From a virus (taxonomy: Duplodnaviria; Caudoviricetes): a stretch of 31,402 nt of DNA. The stretch is taken from positions 1-31,402 of the IMG/VR virus record IMGVR_UViG_3300049182_000045; one strand, given 5' to 3'. This document shows positions 22,853-31,238 of the stretch, piece after piece. A program made the position numbers and the translations under genes. The notes beneath the pieces were generated by a model that was given only the letters and a program-made list of their open reading frames with translations, ran no database searches and was not told where the DNA came from. Every line of letters begins with the position of its first letter. The first letter of the stretch is position 1.

Positions 22853-23947
22853 TCAGCCCGCAGGCGTAGCCTTCTTGCTTGCCCGCCTGTCATAGACGCG
22901 GGCGATCATCTTTCCGTCCGTGTGGAGGGTGGCATCTTGCGTGTCGGTGTGGCCTGCGGCGAGCTTGTCGCTCACGCCCTTGGGCCGGCAGTCCTGCAGC
23001 GAGAACTTGCGGAACACCATCTTTCGCTTCGTCGCTTCCTTCACGCACTCGCGCATCAGGTCGTCGAGCATCGCCTTCCAGCCGCCCTTCGTGTACGGCT
23101 CGCCCTTGAGGTTGCCGAACAGGTACATCGTCCCTGCGTCCTTGTTGCGCTTCACGTCCATCGCTTCGTAGATCGTGGCGGACAGTTCGGGCGACCACTC
23201 GATGAGGATCTGAGGCTTGGTCTTGCTCTTGGAATCCGTCCAGAGGATGCCGGTAGCCGTCACTGCGCTGCGCTCGATCCTGCGCACCTCGAAGGAGCGA
23301 CGGACACAGAGCCATGCGGTCTTGAGGGCAAGGGCGACGATCAGCCGAGCACCGCCCAGCTTGCGGCCCATCTCGACGGCAAGCGCCATCTCTTCGTGCG
23401 TGACGTAGCGCTTCGTCTGGGGAACGACCTTGTTGCGCGTCAAGTCCTTGAGCGGGTTGACCGTGATCAGCCCCTTGGTAATGGCGAACTCCATGATCAG
23501 CCGGGCGAGCGAGATTTCCTTGTTGCCCTTCACTGGCCGGGTCTTCTTGCAGGCGGCGAGATAGTCGTACCCCATCTTGGTCGTGATCTCGTCCACCTCG
23601 AAGTGCCCCCAGGCCTTCACGAGCATGGCGGATTCCCGCTTGTTCTCGGCGATGGTGGACGGTCGGCGCTTGGAGCCATCGGACAGCGGGAGGTCTTCCT
23701 GCATGACGAACCACGCATCGACCAGACCCTTGAACCCGCCTTCGGGCTGGTCGTGGACAACGCGCGTCGATTCCTCGATGGCCTGGCGGCGCAGCTTGCG
23801 GACCTGGTTCGCATCGTCCACCTGGCAGCGGTACTTGAACGCCCAGCGGCCGGATGGCAGCTTGTAGCCGATGCTGTAGACACGGGCGCCGAAGCGCTCA
23901 TAGACCCGGTAGGGCAGGCCGTCAGGGGTTGCGCGGGGCTTGATCAT
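22853..23947 (-). CDS. int: Tyrosine integrase
   Basis: 364 aa; R (CVRRSFE), K (SKTK), QDCR in place of HxxR, H (LHTD) and catalytic Y (ARVY); adjacent xis-like gene and att core. Confidence 0.85.
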   Translation of the reverse strand: MIKPRATPDGLPYRVYERFGARVYSIGYKLPSGRWAFKYRCQVDDANQVRKLRRQAIEESTRVVHDQPEGGFKGLVDAWFVMQEDLPLSDGSKRRPSTIAENKRESAMLVKAWGHFEVDEITTKMGYDYLAACKKTRPVKGNKEISLARLIMEFAITKGLITVNPLKDLTRNKVVPQTKRYVTHEEMALAVEMGRKLGGARLIVALALKTAWLCVRRSFEVRRIERSAVTATGILWTDSKSKTKPQILIEWSPELSATIYEAMDVKRNKDAGTMYLFGNLKGEPYTKGGWKAMLDDLMRECVKEATKRKMVFRKFSLQDCRPKGVSDKLAAGHTDTQDATLHTDGKMIARVYDRRASKKATPAG

Positions 23948-24168
23948 GCTGGCCTCAGGTGGGAAAGGTTGGCGACTTTACGCGGAGCCTGGGAAACGGT
24001 GTCCTTCCCCTGCGTGACGGCCTCATAGTGGGACCGCTCCAGCACGACCCCACGCCGGCCCATGCAGGCACGGTAGAAGCCGCGACGGTGCAAGACCTCC
24101 AGTTGCAGGGCGGGCACCTTGTAATCGGTGAGTTCGTAGAGCTCGTCGGCGCTGAGTTTGATGCTCAT
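23944..24168 (-). CDS. Excisionase-like protein (DUF4224-like)
   Basis: 'LSADELYELTDYK.P..Q...L...G' pattern; ATGA overlap with int. Confidence 0.75.
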   Translation of the reverse strand: MSIKLSADELYELTDYKVPALQLEVLHRRGFYRACMGRRGVVLERSHYEAVTQGKDTVSQAPRKVANLSHLRPA

Positions 24169-24196
24169 GTCTTGGTTTCCTTCCTGCTCGCCTCAA

Positions 24197-24832
24197 TCAT
24201 GCTGGCTCCATTTCCATTTGCGTGACCAGATCGGTGTAGTTGCCCCACTGCGCGGCGAAAGCATCCGCGATGCCTTCGTAGGTGCGGCTGCGCTCTTTCC
24301 ACCTTTCCTCGCTTGGGGGCATGCGATGGACTCGATTCCATGCCTTCCACGCCTCGGAATCCCGGTGCGGCGGGATGAGCCTGTGCGTCGGCAGAAGAGG
24401 AGGCAGCCCCTTCAACCAAAGGCATGTAGCCTTGAACTCCGGATGGCCGAACTCGTGAGGCTGGATGATCTGGTCGGGTTCGCGCCAAACGCTGGACATG
24501 ATGCAGACGGGGTTCTCGATGGCGATTCGTGGGATGGGTGCATGGGCCAGCTTCAGGAAGAAGTCGATCGCTTCCTGCTGCCGGCCGTCTGCACGCTTGG
24601 CCTCGAAGTGCGCCGCACCGCTGACTGACAGGTGAGTGCATGGCGGGTGCCCGACCATCAGATCCCACGGGCCGATGCTGCCACGTTCAACCAACGTCAG
24701 GACATCGCGCTGAACGTGAAACTCGCTGCCATCCTCTGCCGGCAGGAGGTCGCACGACCAAGCGTCATGCCCAAGGCGACGGAATGCCTCACGCACCCGG
24801 CCGCTGTACTCGCAAGCGATCAAGACCCGCAT
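24197..24832 (-). CDS. Second phage DNA cytosine methyltransferase-like protein (short type)
   Basis: 'VLIACEYSG', 'HPPCT', 'IENP', 'KATCLWL' and 'RSRTYEGIA.A.A.QWG' motifs. Confidence 0.85.
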   Translation of the reverse strand: MRVLIACEYSGRVREAFRRLGHDAWSCDLLPAEDGSEFHVQRDVLTLVERGSIGPWDLMVGHPPCTHLSVSGAAHFEAKRADGRQQEAIDFFLKLAHAPIPRIAIENPVCIMSSVWREPDQIIQPHEFGHPEFKATCLWLKGLPPLLPTHRLIPPHRDSEAWKAWNRVHRMPPSEERWKERSRTYEGIADAFAAQWGNYTDLVTQMEMEPA

Positions 24833-25377
24833 GGCTTGTCTCTCCCGCATATCCGGCAGAAGTCACTGTCCATGAGCCATGTCATGTTGCAGGAGCATCG
24901 CCAAGTCTCCCTCGCAGCTTCCACGCCCATACTGCCTGCCATTGCCGCGTCAATTGCTGTCCGGAACGTCTTTCCGTAGAAAGGCCCGTGACCCGCGTTG
25001 ACGATGTATTCGCCGTCATGTGGTGCATCGACCACCACGCCGAACACGATGTCATCCAGATCCTGGCGAGCGATCCAGTCCAGTCGCCTCGCGTCCTCCT
25101 GTGCAGCCTTGATGGCGGCTAGAGCGTCTGCCCCCCTGGCACCCCAAGCAGCCCTCCAGATAGCCAGGTCACCAGCATTGCTAGGGTCTCTGGCAGAGCA
25201 CTTGTAATGCTCCTCGAAGGCTTGGTCGCAGTCTGCCCCCTCCTGCACGGGCTGCTGTGCTGCGAGAGCCAAGACTGCGCGGGCGAACGCGAGATAGCCA
25301 GATGAACACTTAGTTCTCGGCATCGCGGTCCGAAGGCATCCTGCGATCTGCTCGTCCGTGAGATCAGTCGCCATCAC
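24820..25377 (-). CDS. Phage hypothetical protein
   Basis: Modular early-gene motifs 'LTDEQI', 'DARRLDW', 'R.AIDAAM' and a C-terminal Zn-ribbon-like Cys set. Confidence 0.7.
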   Translation of the reverse strand: MMATDLTDEQIAGCLRTAMPRTKCSSGYLAFARAVLALAAQQPVQEGADCDQAFEEHYKCSARDPSNAGDLAIWRAAWGARGADALAAIKAAQEDARRLDWIARQDLDDIVFGVVVDAPHDGEYIVNAGHGPFYGKTFRTAIDAAMAGSMGVEAARETWRCSCNMTWLMDSDFCRICGRDKPCGS

Positions 25378-25835
25378 TCACCTCCTTGCACTGCCAGGCC
25401 GTTCTTCTCTGCGAGAGCACGGGTGATGGCTTTGGCGAACGCAGCCAAGCTGAACCGTTCCCCCCATCCACCCGCGTCTGGATTGCATTCGTCGGAGTCG
25501 GCCAGATCGTAGATCTCCTCCTCCGTGAGCCCGGTAATAGGCTTCGCCGGCTCCGTGGTGGGTGCTGGGCGGCAGTACGGGCACTTGGCCGCGTTGTGGT
25601 GATTGGTCGGATCGAAGCCGAGCGCCTCGCACACAGCGCGCATGTTCGGCCCCTCCATGGTCGCAGCACCGGGGGAGGCTTCGAGTTGTGCAATTCGCCA
25701 GTCGCGCCATGCCAGCTCGGCTGCGATGTCGGACTTGCCGTGAAGGTCTTCGCGTGTCATGGCCATGACGTGCCGGCAGTAGTGGCCGCCGTCCTTGTCG
25801 AGAGCCATGATGTCTCGGTGTGCGTATTCAGGCAT
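25374..25835 (-). CDS. Phage hypothetical protein
   Basis: AGGAGG RBS; 'RHVMAMTREDLHGKSDIAAELAWRD' and 'GFDPTNHHNAAKCPYC' segments. Confidence 0.7.
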   Translation of the reverse strand: MPEYAHRDIMALDKDGGHYCRHVMAMTREDLHGKSDIAAELAWRDWRIAQLEASPGAATMEGPNMRAVCEALGFDPTNHHNAAKCPYCRPAPTTEPAKPITGLTEEEIYDLADSDECNPDAGGWGERFSLAAFAKAITRALAEKNGLAVQGGE

Positions 25836-26088
25836 GGTCACCTCCTGCAGCGAAATAGCCAGAGGTCTCAACCTTGCCAACCGACGACTTCTCGCCTCCC
25901 TGGTGCCCCGCTACAGGCTGAGCGGCGAGAGCCAGAATTGCTTTCTTGAGCGCGATCTTTGCGTCCACTCGCATCCCATATGAAGACGGGGAGCACATCA
26001 GGTCGTAAAGATGGTCGGCTGCATCGAGCGCTGCGTCGGTCGGCTCGGCCTTCGGTTCTGCCTGCTTGCGCGGGACTGGTGTGGTCAC
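25828..26088 (-). CDS. Phage hypothetical protein
   Basis: GTG start coupled to the upstream stop. Confidence 0.5.
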   Translation of the reverse strand: MTTPVPRKQAEPKAEPTDAALDAADHLYDLMCSPSSYGMRVDAKIALKKAILALAAQPVAGHQGGEKSSVGKVETSGYFAAGGDHA

Positions 26089-26519
26089 GATCCCATCCCC
26101 CCATTGGTCTTAGGAGAGGCTGCGATAGCTGCGCGCAACTCCTCGATGCACTTCCGGACGGGCTCGGCGCCGTGCCAGTTGCCGGGCTCGCCACTCTTGC
26201 CGGTGACGATTTGGTAGATTTCGGCAATGGTGGCGTTGGCCGTGCGGGCCTCCTGTGCATGCATCTGCGCTTCCAGCTTCAGGCGCTCGACCAGATTCCC
26301 CGCATCTGCTTTAGCTGCGGTGCTGGCAAGGGCCGCGTCGATCTTGTCGATGGCGAGTTGGAGGTTGACGGCGGGCGTGGACCATTCGTCGATGCCGTAC
26401 AGGTGCTCGCCGCCGACACCGTAGGACATGAGCATGTCGCGCACGTCATCGATCCGCCAGCGGAGGTCGCGCAACAGCGCATCTCTCTCTTTCGCTACTT
26501 CGGGGGAGGGGGATTTCAT
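26085..26519 (-). CDS. Phage hypothetical protein (Ead/Ea22-like region)
   Basis: 'LKLEAQMHAQEARTANATIAEIYQ...GEPGNWHGAEPVR' segment; coupled start. Confidence 0.7.
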   Translation of the reverse strand: MKSPSPEVAKERDALLRDLRWRIDDVRDMLMSYGVGGEHLYGIDEWSTPAVNLQLAIDKIDAALASTAAKADAGNLVERLKLEAQMHAQEARTANATIAEIYQIVTGKSGEPGNWHGAEPVRKCIEELRAAIAASPKTNGGMGS

Positions 26520-26701
26520 GAGTGCTCCCCTTCCGTGTTCAGCTTCGTCACGCTGACGACCTCGACGTTGAAATCAATCAAGTGGCCGTCAAATTCCATC
26601 TGCAACTCGGCGCAGTTGCAGTCCTGATCAACCATGTTCTGCATGATCGTTTTAAGGAAACGTCCGATGGAATCCTTGCCGGTGAAGTAGGGATCGGTCA
26701 T
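26516..26701 (-). CDS. Hypothetical protein (61 aa)
   Basis: AGGAAAG RBS; stop coupled to the next gene. Confidence 0.55.
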   Translation of the reverse strand: MTDPYFTGKDSIGRFLKTIMQNMVDQDCNCAELQMEFDGHLIDFNVEVVSVTKLNTEGEHS

Positions 26702-26735
26702 GTTGTTCTTTCCTGATATGAATAGAGGGAGGGAC

Positions 26736-27158
26736 TCAGAACGGGATCGATGAGTCTTCGTCGTCCCGGCTCTGCTGCCTGGCAGGAGCGCGCTGCTGTG
26801 GCCTCGGGGCCTCGGCCTGGCGCTCCTTGCTGCCCAGCATCTGCATCTGGTCTGCGCGGATCTCGGTCGCGAACTTCTCCACGCCGTCTTTGTCGGTGTA
26901 CTTGCGGGTCCGAATCTGGCCTTCCACGTAGACCTGTGAACCCTTCGTGAGGTACTGCGCGGCGATCTCGGCAAGCCGGCCGTTGAACGTGACGCGGTGC
27001 CATTCCGTCGCCTCGCGCATCTCGCCGGACTGCTTGTCCTTCCACTTGTCTGTGGTGGCAATCGTGACGTTGCAGACCTGATCCCCGCTTGGGAAGGTGC
27101 GGGTTTCAGGATCGCGGCCGAGGTTGCCGACGATGATTACTTTGTTGACCGAAGCCAT
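26736..27158 (-). CDS. ssb: Single-stranded DNA-binding protein
   Basis: '[18 protein letters not shown]...TEWHRV...KGSQVYVEG', acidic tail ending IPF. Confidence 0.97.
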   Translation of the reverse strand: MASVNKVIIVGNLGRDPETRTFPSGDQVCNVTIATTDKWKDKQSGEMREATEWHRVTFNGRLAEIAAQYLTKGSQVYVEGQIRTRKYTDKDGVEKFATEIRADQMQMLGSKERQAEAPRPQQRAPARQQSRDDEDSSIPF

Positions 27159-27166
27159 GTGATTCC

Positions 27167-27805
27167 TTAGCCGGCGTGCTCGTCGGCAATTTGTTGAACA
27201 ACCAGATTGATGAACCTGCGGGCTTCCTCAACCTTGAACTTGATCCTGTCTTCCAGCGCCTTATCGCGCTTGTAGCGAACGGTCGTCACCCGAAGTACCG
27301 GGTTGATGTGATCGACGTAGTGCAGATCCGGGTCTTCGTAGCCGATCAGCTCATCAGGCGTGTTGACGAGGCAATAGGCGACCTCGAAGTGATCGACATC
27401 CCAGAGCCACATATAGACGCGGCCCTGCCATTCGTAGTCCTTGTCCTCGCCATCGGTGGACGTAGCCGGAAAGGTCGCCAAAGACCAAGGCGACTTGAGA
27501 TCGATGATCTTTTCCCCCGTGAAGATGTCGCACTCGCCGGTGACCCAATCGTTCGTCTTGCGCTCGGGGTTCTTCTTGTAGTCCGTGAAGTGGACGGAGT
27601 TGTACAGATCCAGCGAAGCCGGCTCGACCTGTGTTCCCTTCTCCAGGAACTTGCTTGTCACGGTCTCCTCATAGCCGTAGACGAACTCCTTGGCGAGCTT
27701 GGCAAGGTAGGTCTTCGCGCCCACAGACAGCGCCTCGGTCTTTGCCTTTGGCTCGGTCATGATCTTGCTTATGCTGGAGGCGCGGAACTTGAACGGCGTT
27801 TTCAT
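27167..27805 (-). CDS. Lambda-exonuclease/YqaJ-like PD-(D/E)xK nuclease
   Basis: 'RASS', 'EKG...E', 'GECD.....IIDLK' and 'YEWQ...YM' motifs. Confidence 0.8.
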   Translation of the reverse strand: MKTPFKFRASSISKIMTEPKAKTEALSVGAKTYLAKLAKEFVYGYEETVTSKFLEKGTQVEPASLDLYNSVHFTDYKKNPERKTNDWVTGECDIFTGEKIIDLKSPWSLATFPATSTDGEDKDYEWQGRVYMWLWDVDHFEVAYCLVNTPDELIGYEDPDLHYVDHINPVLRVTTVRYKRDKALEDRIKFKVEEARRFINLVVQQIADEHAG

Positions 27806-28287
27806 GCTGTTGCCGCCTCCACTTCGGAAAGCTTGGCGTCCTGCTCGCTAGTCAACTCAAAGTTGGCCCGCAGCTTCTCGGCGGTGTACTGGCCGCCCTG
27901 GATCTTCTCGATGGCTGTATCAAGGCGCGCATCGCTGATTGACGGCTTCTCGCGGATGGTGACCTTCGGACGGATGCGCAGGCACTCCACCGTTTCCCCG
28001 CCCATCTTGGTAGTGGTCGCGTACAGCGTGATCTGCTGCCCAGCCCAGTCCTCGATGTAGTTGCCGTACAGCCTGGCAATGGTCTTGCTGTTGGTCGCGT
28101 TCAAGATCATTGGCTTGTTCTTGACCAAGTGCGCAACCGTGCATTCCTCTTTCTTGCCACCCGTGCCAGTGATCTGCTCGCGGACCACGTAGTCAATGGT
28201 TACGGTCAGGTCTTGGCCTTCATCGAGTGAGTACGCGCCGATGTAGTCAGGGTTCTGGAGGCGCTTCCAGTGTGTTTTGTTGCTCAT
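27802..28287 (-). CDS. Putative recombination/ssDNA-binding partner of the exonuclease
   Basis: 'KTHWK....DYIG', 'KPMILNATN' and 'EDW.G..ITLY...LRIR' motifs; occupies the recombinase slot. Confidence 0.65.
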   Translation of the reverse strand: MSNKTHWKRLQNPDYIGAYSLDEGQDLTVTIDYVVREQITGTGGKKEECTVAHLVKNKPMILNATNSKTIARLYGNYIEDWAGQQITLYATTTKMGGETVECLRIRPKVTIREKPSISDARLDTAIEKIQGGQYTAEKLRANFELTSEQDAKLSEVEAATA

Positions 28288-28475
28288 GACAGTGCAAACG
28301 CAATGAAGGCCGCAACCGGAGCGAGAGCCAGCAGCACCGCCAGCACGTTCAGGAATGCATCTTCTGCCGGTGAGCAGGGCTGGTCCTGCAATTCCGCAAA
28401 CTTGGCCTCTGCGAATCGTTGCGAATGAGTGTGCAGGAACCACTCCTGATCTTCATAAGAGATTTCGCGATGCAT
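28284..28475 (-). CDS. Small membrane-anchored hypothetical protein
   Basis: AGGAG RBS; C-terminal TM helix. Confidence 0.6.
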   Translation of the reverse strand: MHREISYEDQEWFLHTHSQRFAEAKFAELQDQPCSPAEDAFLNVLAVLLALAPVAAFIAFALS

Positions 28476-28477
28476 GG

Positions 28478-28603
28478 TTAGCTCCTAAGAACAGTTGCGA
28501 GGACGATGACGGCGAGGATTGCGACGGCGAACATGTACTTGTCTGCCTTGGTCGTTGCCTTCTCGAAGATGTGAAGGGCGTAGAACTGGTCGTAGTAGTT
28601 CAA
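28478..28603 (-). CDS. Small membrane protein (41 aa, TTG start)
   Basis: GGGAGG RBS; TTGA overlap; C-terminal hydrophobic helix. Confidence 0.5.
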   Translation of the reverse strand: MNYYDQFYALHIFEKATTKADKYMFAVAILAVIVLATVLRS

Positions 28604-28827
28604 GCGGCCTCCCTGTAGTTCTCTGCAGCGATGTCGTCTGCAGCGTTCCAAAGCACCGTTGCGGCATCCTCCAGGCTCTCAACCGCTTGGGTTGCGTGCT
28701 CCATGTGCTTGAAGTTCGAGACTTCGATACGCCCCTTGATGGCTTCGATCAGGTCTTGTCCTGCACGCTCGTCGAAGTCAACGTGAGGGATCAGGCGAAT
28801 GGCTGTGCAGAGGTCTTGGACGTTCAT
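28600..28827 (-). CDS. Phage hypothetical protein
   Basis: GGAG RBS; ends 'REAA'; abuts its neighbours. Confidence 0.65.
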   Translation of the reverse strand: MNVQDLCTAIRLIPHVDFDERAGQDLIEAIKGRIEVSNFKHMEHATQAVESLEDAATVLWNAADDIAAENYREAA

Positions 28828-29031
28828 TTACCACTCCGTAGGGTCTTTGCTGCGCATGCCAAGGATGACGATCGCGCCGACGATGCCAACGCACAGAAGA
28901 GCCAGGACAGCGCAGAAGATCGCGGCGGCTGCCAAGGGGTAGCCGAACACGACGATGCTGAAGGCGCGAGAACTGGCACCGATGACAGCGAGCCAATCGA
29001 GCACGGGCAGGAGCCATTGAGGGGCGTTCAT
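28828..29031 (-). CDS. Small membrane protein
   Basis: Highly hydrophobic; fills a gap in the operon. Confidence 0.5.
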   Translation of the reverse strand: MNAPQWLLPVLDWLAVIGASSRAFSIVVFGYPLAAAAIFCAVLALLCVGIVGAIVILGMRSKDPTEW

Positions 29032-29040
29032 TCAGATGCT

Positions 29041-29190
29041 CTAATCAGCGGGCGGCAGGCCCTTCAGTTGCACAACCTTTTCACCCACAACATGGGGAAC
29101 GGGATCGGTGAACAGTTCCGACACCTCAAGGCCCCAGAGGTCATCCGTGAAGGCAATCTGTTCGTCAGTAGGCAGTTCTTGATACGACAT
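29041..29190 (-). CDS. Small acidic hypothetical protein (49 aa)
   Basis: AAGGAG RBS; MSYQELPTDEQIAFTDDLWG... Confidence 0.55.
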   Translation of the reverse strand: MSYQELPTDEQIAFTDDLWGLEVSELFTDPVPHVVGEKVVQLKGLPPAD

Positions 29191-29199
29191 GATTTCTCC

Positions 29200-30144
29200 T
29201 TACCAAACACGCAGCCAGGCTGCCCAGTCCCATACACCACCGGCAGGGCATGCGTTAACAGCCTGTGCAGACACGTATTCACCTGGCGCAATCGTCACCA
29301 CCGGAAACGAAACCTCGCCCTTGCTCAGCAGTGCTTCGTCGCAGTTCCGGTACTTCATCGCTCCATCGGCTGTCATGGCGTAGATGCAAGCCGTACCGTT
29401 CAGCGTGTTCGGCGTTGCCGTGCCTGAAACCGAGTAGATCGACACACCCACAAGGTGAACGTCTCGGTCGGTGTCATTGCGCCAAGGGGTCGGGGCAGTG
29501 CTTCCCTGCTGACCGTCACACGGGATAACAGCGTCTTGTTGCGGCTGTCTCCACGCATGCAGACCGCTCGTCTGAACGCGAACCCGCATTGCGTAGGTGT
29601 GGCCTTTCAGTTCCGGCTCGGTGTGCGAGTTCAGGTAAACCACCCCACCGGGAGGAACAGAGAGACCAGTGTTCGCGCCCCAGGTAATGGGTGCATAGTT
29701 CTCGCCAGGGTTCTTTACTGAACAGCCAACCTCACCCCGGCCGGCGATCGTTTGGCCCGTCACGAGCTCACCGAGGTAGACGCAATACTCGCTCCAGAAA
29801 GAGGTCTCGCCAGTCGCAGCCTGCACCTCGTCGATCTGCAACAGGGTGCCGGTGTTGTTCGTGAACTTCACGTAGGTTCCTGCAGGAACACCAACACCAA
29901 TCGGCTGGTCGTTCGCAACAAGGGGACACTCCACATGCGTATCAGGAGCAGAGACGCAGCCAGGATTGAAAGGATCGAGCTTCAGGGCCTCGACAACGGG
30001 CAGGGCAGGGGCAGTGCTCGTAGGAGCTGCTGCGGGCTCTTGGGCAGCAGGGGCGACAGCGAAGCCGCCGCCAGAACCACCGCCGCCACCACCGCATGCA
30101 CAGAGTGCCGCGACGGCTGCTGCTGTGAGGGCTTGCTTGAACAT
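29200..30144 (-). CDS. Lipoprotein with two repeated Cys-containing beta domains
   Basis: Signal peptide and lipobox 'ALCAC-GGGG'; GGAGAG RBS; internal duplication. Confidence 0.8.
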   Translation of the reverse strand: MFKQALTAAAVAALCACGGGGGGSGGGFAVAPAAQEPAAAPTSTAPALPVVEALKLDPFNPGCVSAPDTHVECPLVANDQPIGVGVPAGTYVKFTNNTGTLLQIDEVQAATGETSFWSEYCVYLGELVTGQTIAGRGEVGCSVKNPGENYAPITWGANTGLSVPPGGVVYLNSHTEPELKGHTYAMRVRVQTSGLHAWRQPQQDAVIPCDGQQGSTAPTPWRNDTDRDVHLVGVSIYSVSGTATPNTLNGTACIYAMTADGAMKYRNCDEALLSKGEVSFPVVTIAPGEYVSAQAVNACPAGGVWDWAAWLRVW

Positions 30145-30188
30145 CTATCTCTCCGGTTGGGCCAGCGGGTTTGCTTGCCGATGGAGAG

Positions 30189-30240
30189 ATTATGCAAAGA
30201 AGTTTGCCGCTTGCCTAGGGGGTCAAGCAAAAAAGTTTGC
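30189..30240 (-). promoter_or_regulatory. PL-like promoter with two operators (GCAAA-N4-TTTGC)
   Basis: Operators at 30194-30207 and 30227-30240; TAGGCA-N17-CATAAT on the minus strand. Confidence 0.75.
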
Positions 30241-30270
30241 TGATGCGTCTAGGTGGTTTCCCGCAGACGT

Positions 30271-30293
30271 AAAAAAGCCCGCGCGCGGCGGGC
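30271..30293 (-). terminator. Intrinsic terminator of the repressor operon
   Basis: Minus strand GCCCGC-N5-GCGGGC-TTTTTT. Confidence 0.8.
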
Positions 30294-30314
30294 CTGGGTT
30301 GGAGTGGCTGAGGT

Positions 30315-30545
30315 CTAGCTCATAGCCTTCACCGCAAGCTGTAGCAACTCGACGGCCTTTCGATCGTCACCCTTCTCCGAAGCGGTCAAGGCTGCCTCAA
30401 TGAGCGCCCTGACGACTTGCTTGTTGGGATCTGGGGGCGTCTGCGTTGGCAGGCCCAGAACTTTCGCAGCGCGCATCTGGACGCGCTCGATCTCCGTCAC
30501 TAGCTCTGCTGCTGCGGCAGAAGCTTCACCATTTACGTGGTTCAT
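30315..30545 (-). CDS. Hypothetical protein co-transcribed with the repressor
   Basis: Starts 5 bp after the repressor stop and ends before the terminator. Confidence 0.6.
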   Translation of the reverse strand: MNHVNGEASAAAAELVTEIERVQMRAAKVLGLPTQTPPDPNKQVVRALIEAALTASEKGDDRKAVELLQLAVKAMS

Positions 30546-30550
30546 ATTTC

Positions 30551-31162
30551 TTAATGCTCCAGAGGAGCAGGCTTGGTTTCAACGTCTTTCTCACGGGCTC
30601 TCAAAGATTTATTTAGTTCTTTATTCTTAGATATCGGTTTTTGCATCGTTGCGAGGCCAGAAGCCTTATTTGCAATATCTTCGGCATCGTCTGGTTCATC
30701 AGCAAGATCCTTTAGAAGCTCTCCAATCAGTCGTCTGCTGCGTCGGTCGAGGGCACCAACCAGGCTCCCCATCAGGAGGATGCACGAACGAAGGTTGGGC
30801 GCGGAATAGGTCATCGAAGTGGGTATGGTTTGACATAGGGATGCACCATTCTCGGTCATGTCACCGCCCAGCTCATCAGTAATAGCCTCGTCAACCCCAT
30901 TCTTTACCATGTCATTTGACATAGAAACGCTATCGTCGATTTTCTTCTGCCTACTTTGGTAGGCAGTTCCGGCTATTAAAGAATCAATCGAAACGCCCAT
31001 GACATTCGCCAGACGGTCGATGTAGTCACGCGGGAACCGCCCGTGCTTCGTCACGCCCTCGATGTTCTGCCTGGACGTGTGGACGAGTTCAGCCATGGCC
31101 CTAGCGCTCAGGCCGTGGTCCTCCATGTAGTCAGCTACCTGCTCTCCGATCGACCTTTTCAT
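30551..31162 (-). CDS. cI: CI-like repressor (HTH, no recognisable S24 peptidase domain)
   Basis: HTH 'LSARAMAELVHTSRQNIEGV'; divergent from the cro-like gene with three operators between them. Confidence 0.75.
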   Translation of the reverse strand: MKRSIGEQVADYMEDHGLSARAMAELVHTSRQNIEGVTKHGRFPRDYIDRLANVMGVSIDSLIAGTAYQSRQKKIDDSVSMSNDMVKNGVDEAITDELGGDMTENGASLCQTIPTSMTYSAPNLRSCILLMGSLVGALDRRSRRLIGELLKDLADEPDDAEDIANKASGLATMQKPISKNKELNKSLRAREKDVETKPAPLEH

Positions 31163-31163
31163 A

Positions 31164-31226
31164 GCAAATGATTTTGCGGGACTTGCGCGCATAGATGTTT
31201 GCGTGCTACGATGCAAACATATTTGC
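31164..31226. promoter_or_regulatory. OR-like switch: three 14-bp operators with PR and PRM-like promoters
   Basis: GCAAATGATTTTGC 31164-31177, GCATAGATGTTTGC 31189-31202, GCAAACATATTTGC 31213-31226; PR TTGCGC-N18-TACGAT with an extended TG. Confidence 0.85.
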
Positions 31227-31238
31227 AGAGGCGGGTAC

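Noticed and set aside
22890-23714. Same-strand alternative-frame ORF inside int (also 24165-24668 inside the short methyltransferase)
   Set aside because: These are Arg/Gly/Ala-rich frame-shift shadows with no motifs, unlike the nested frame at 22133-22843
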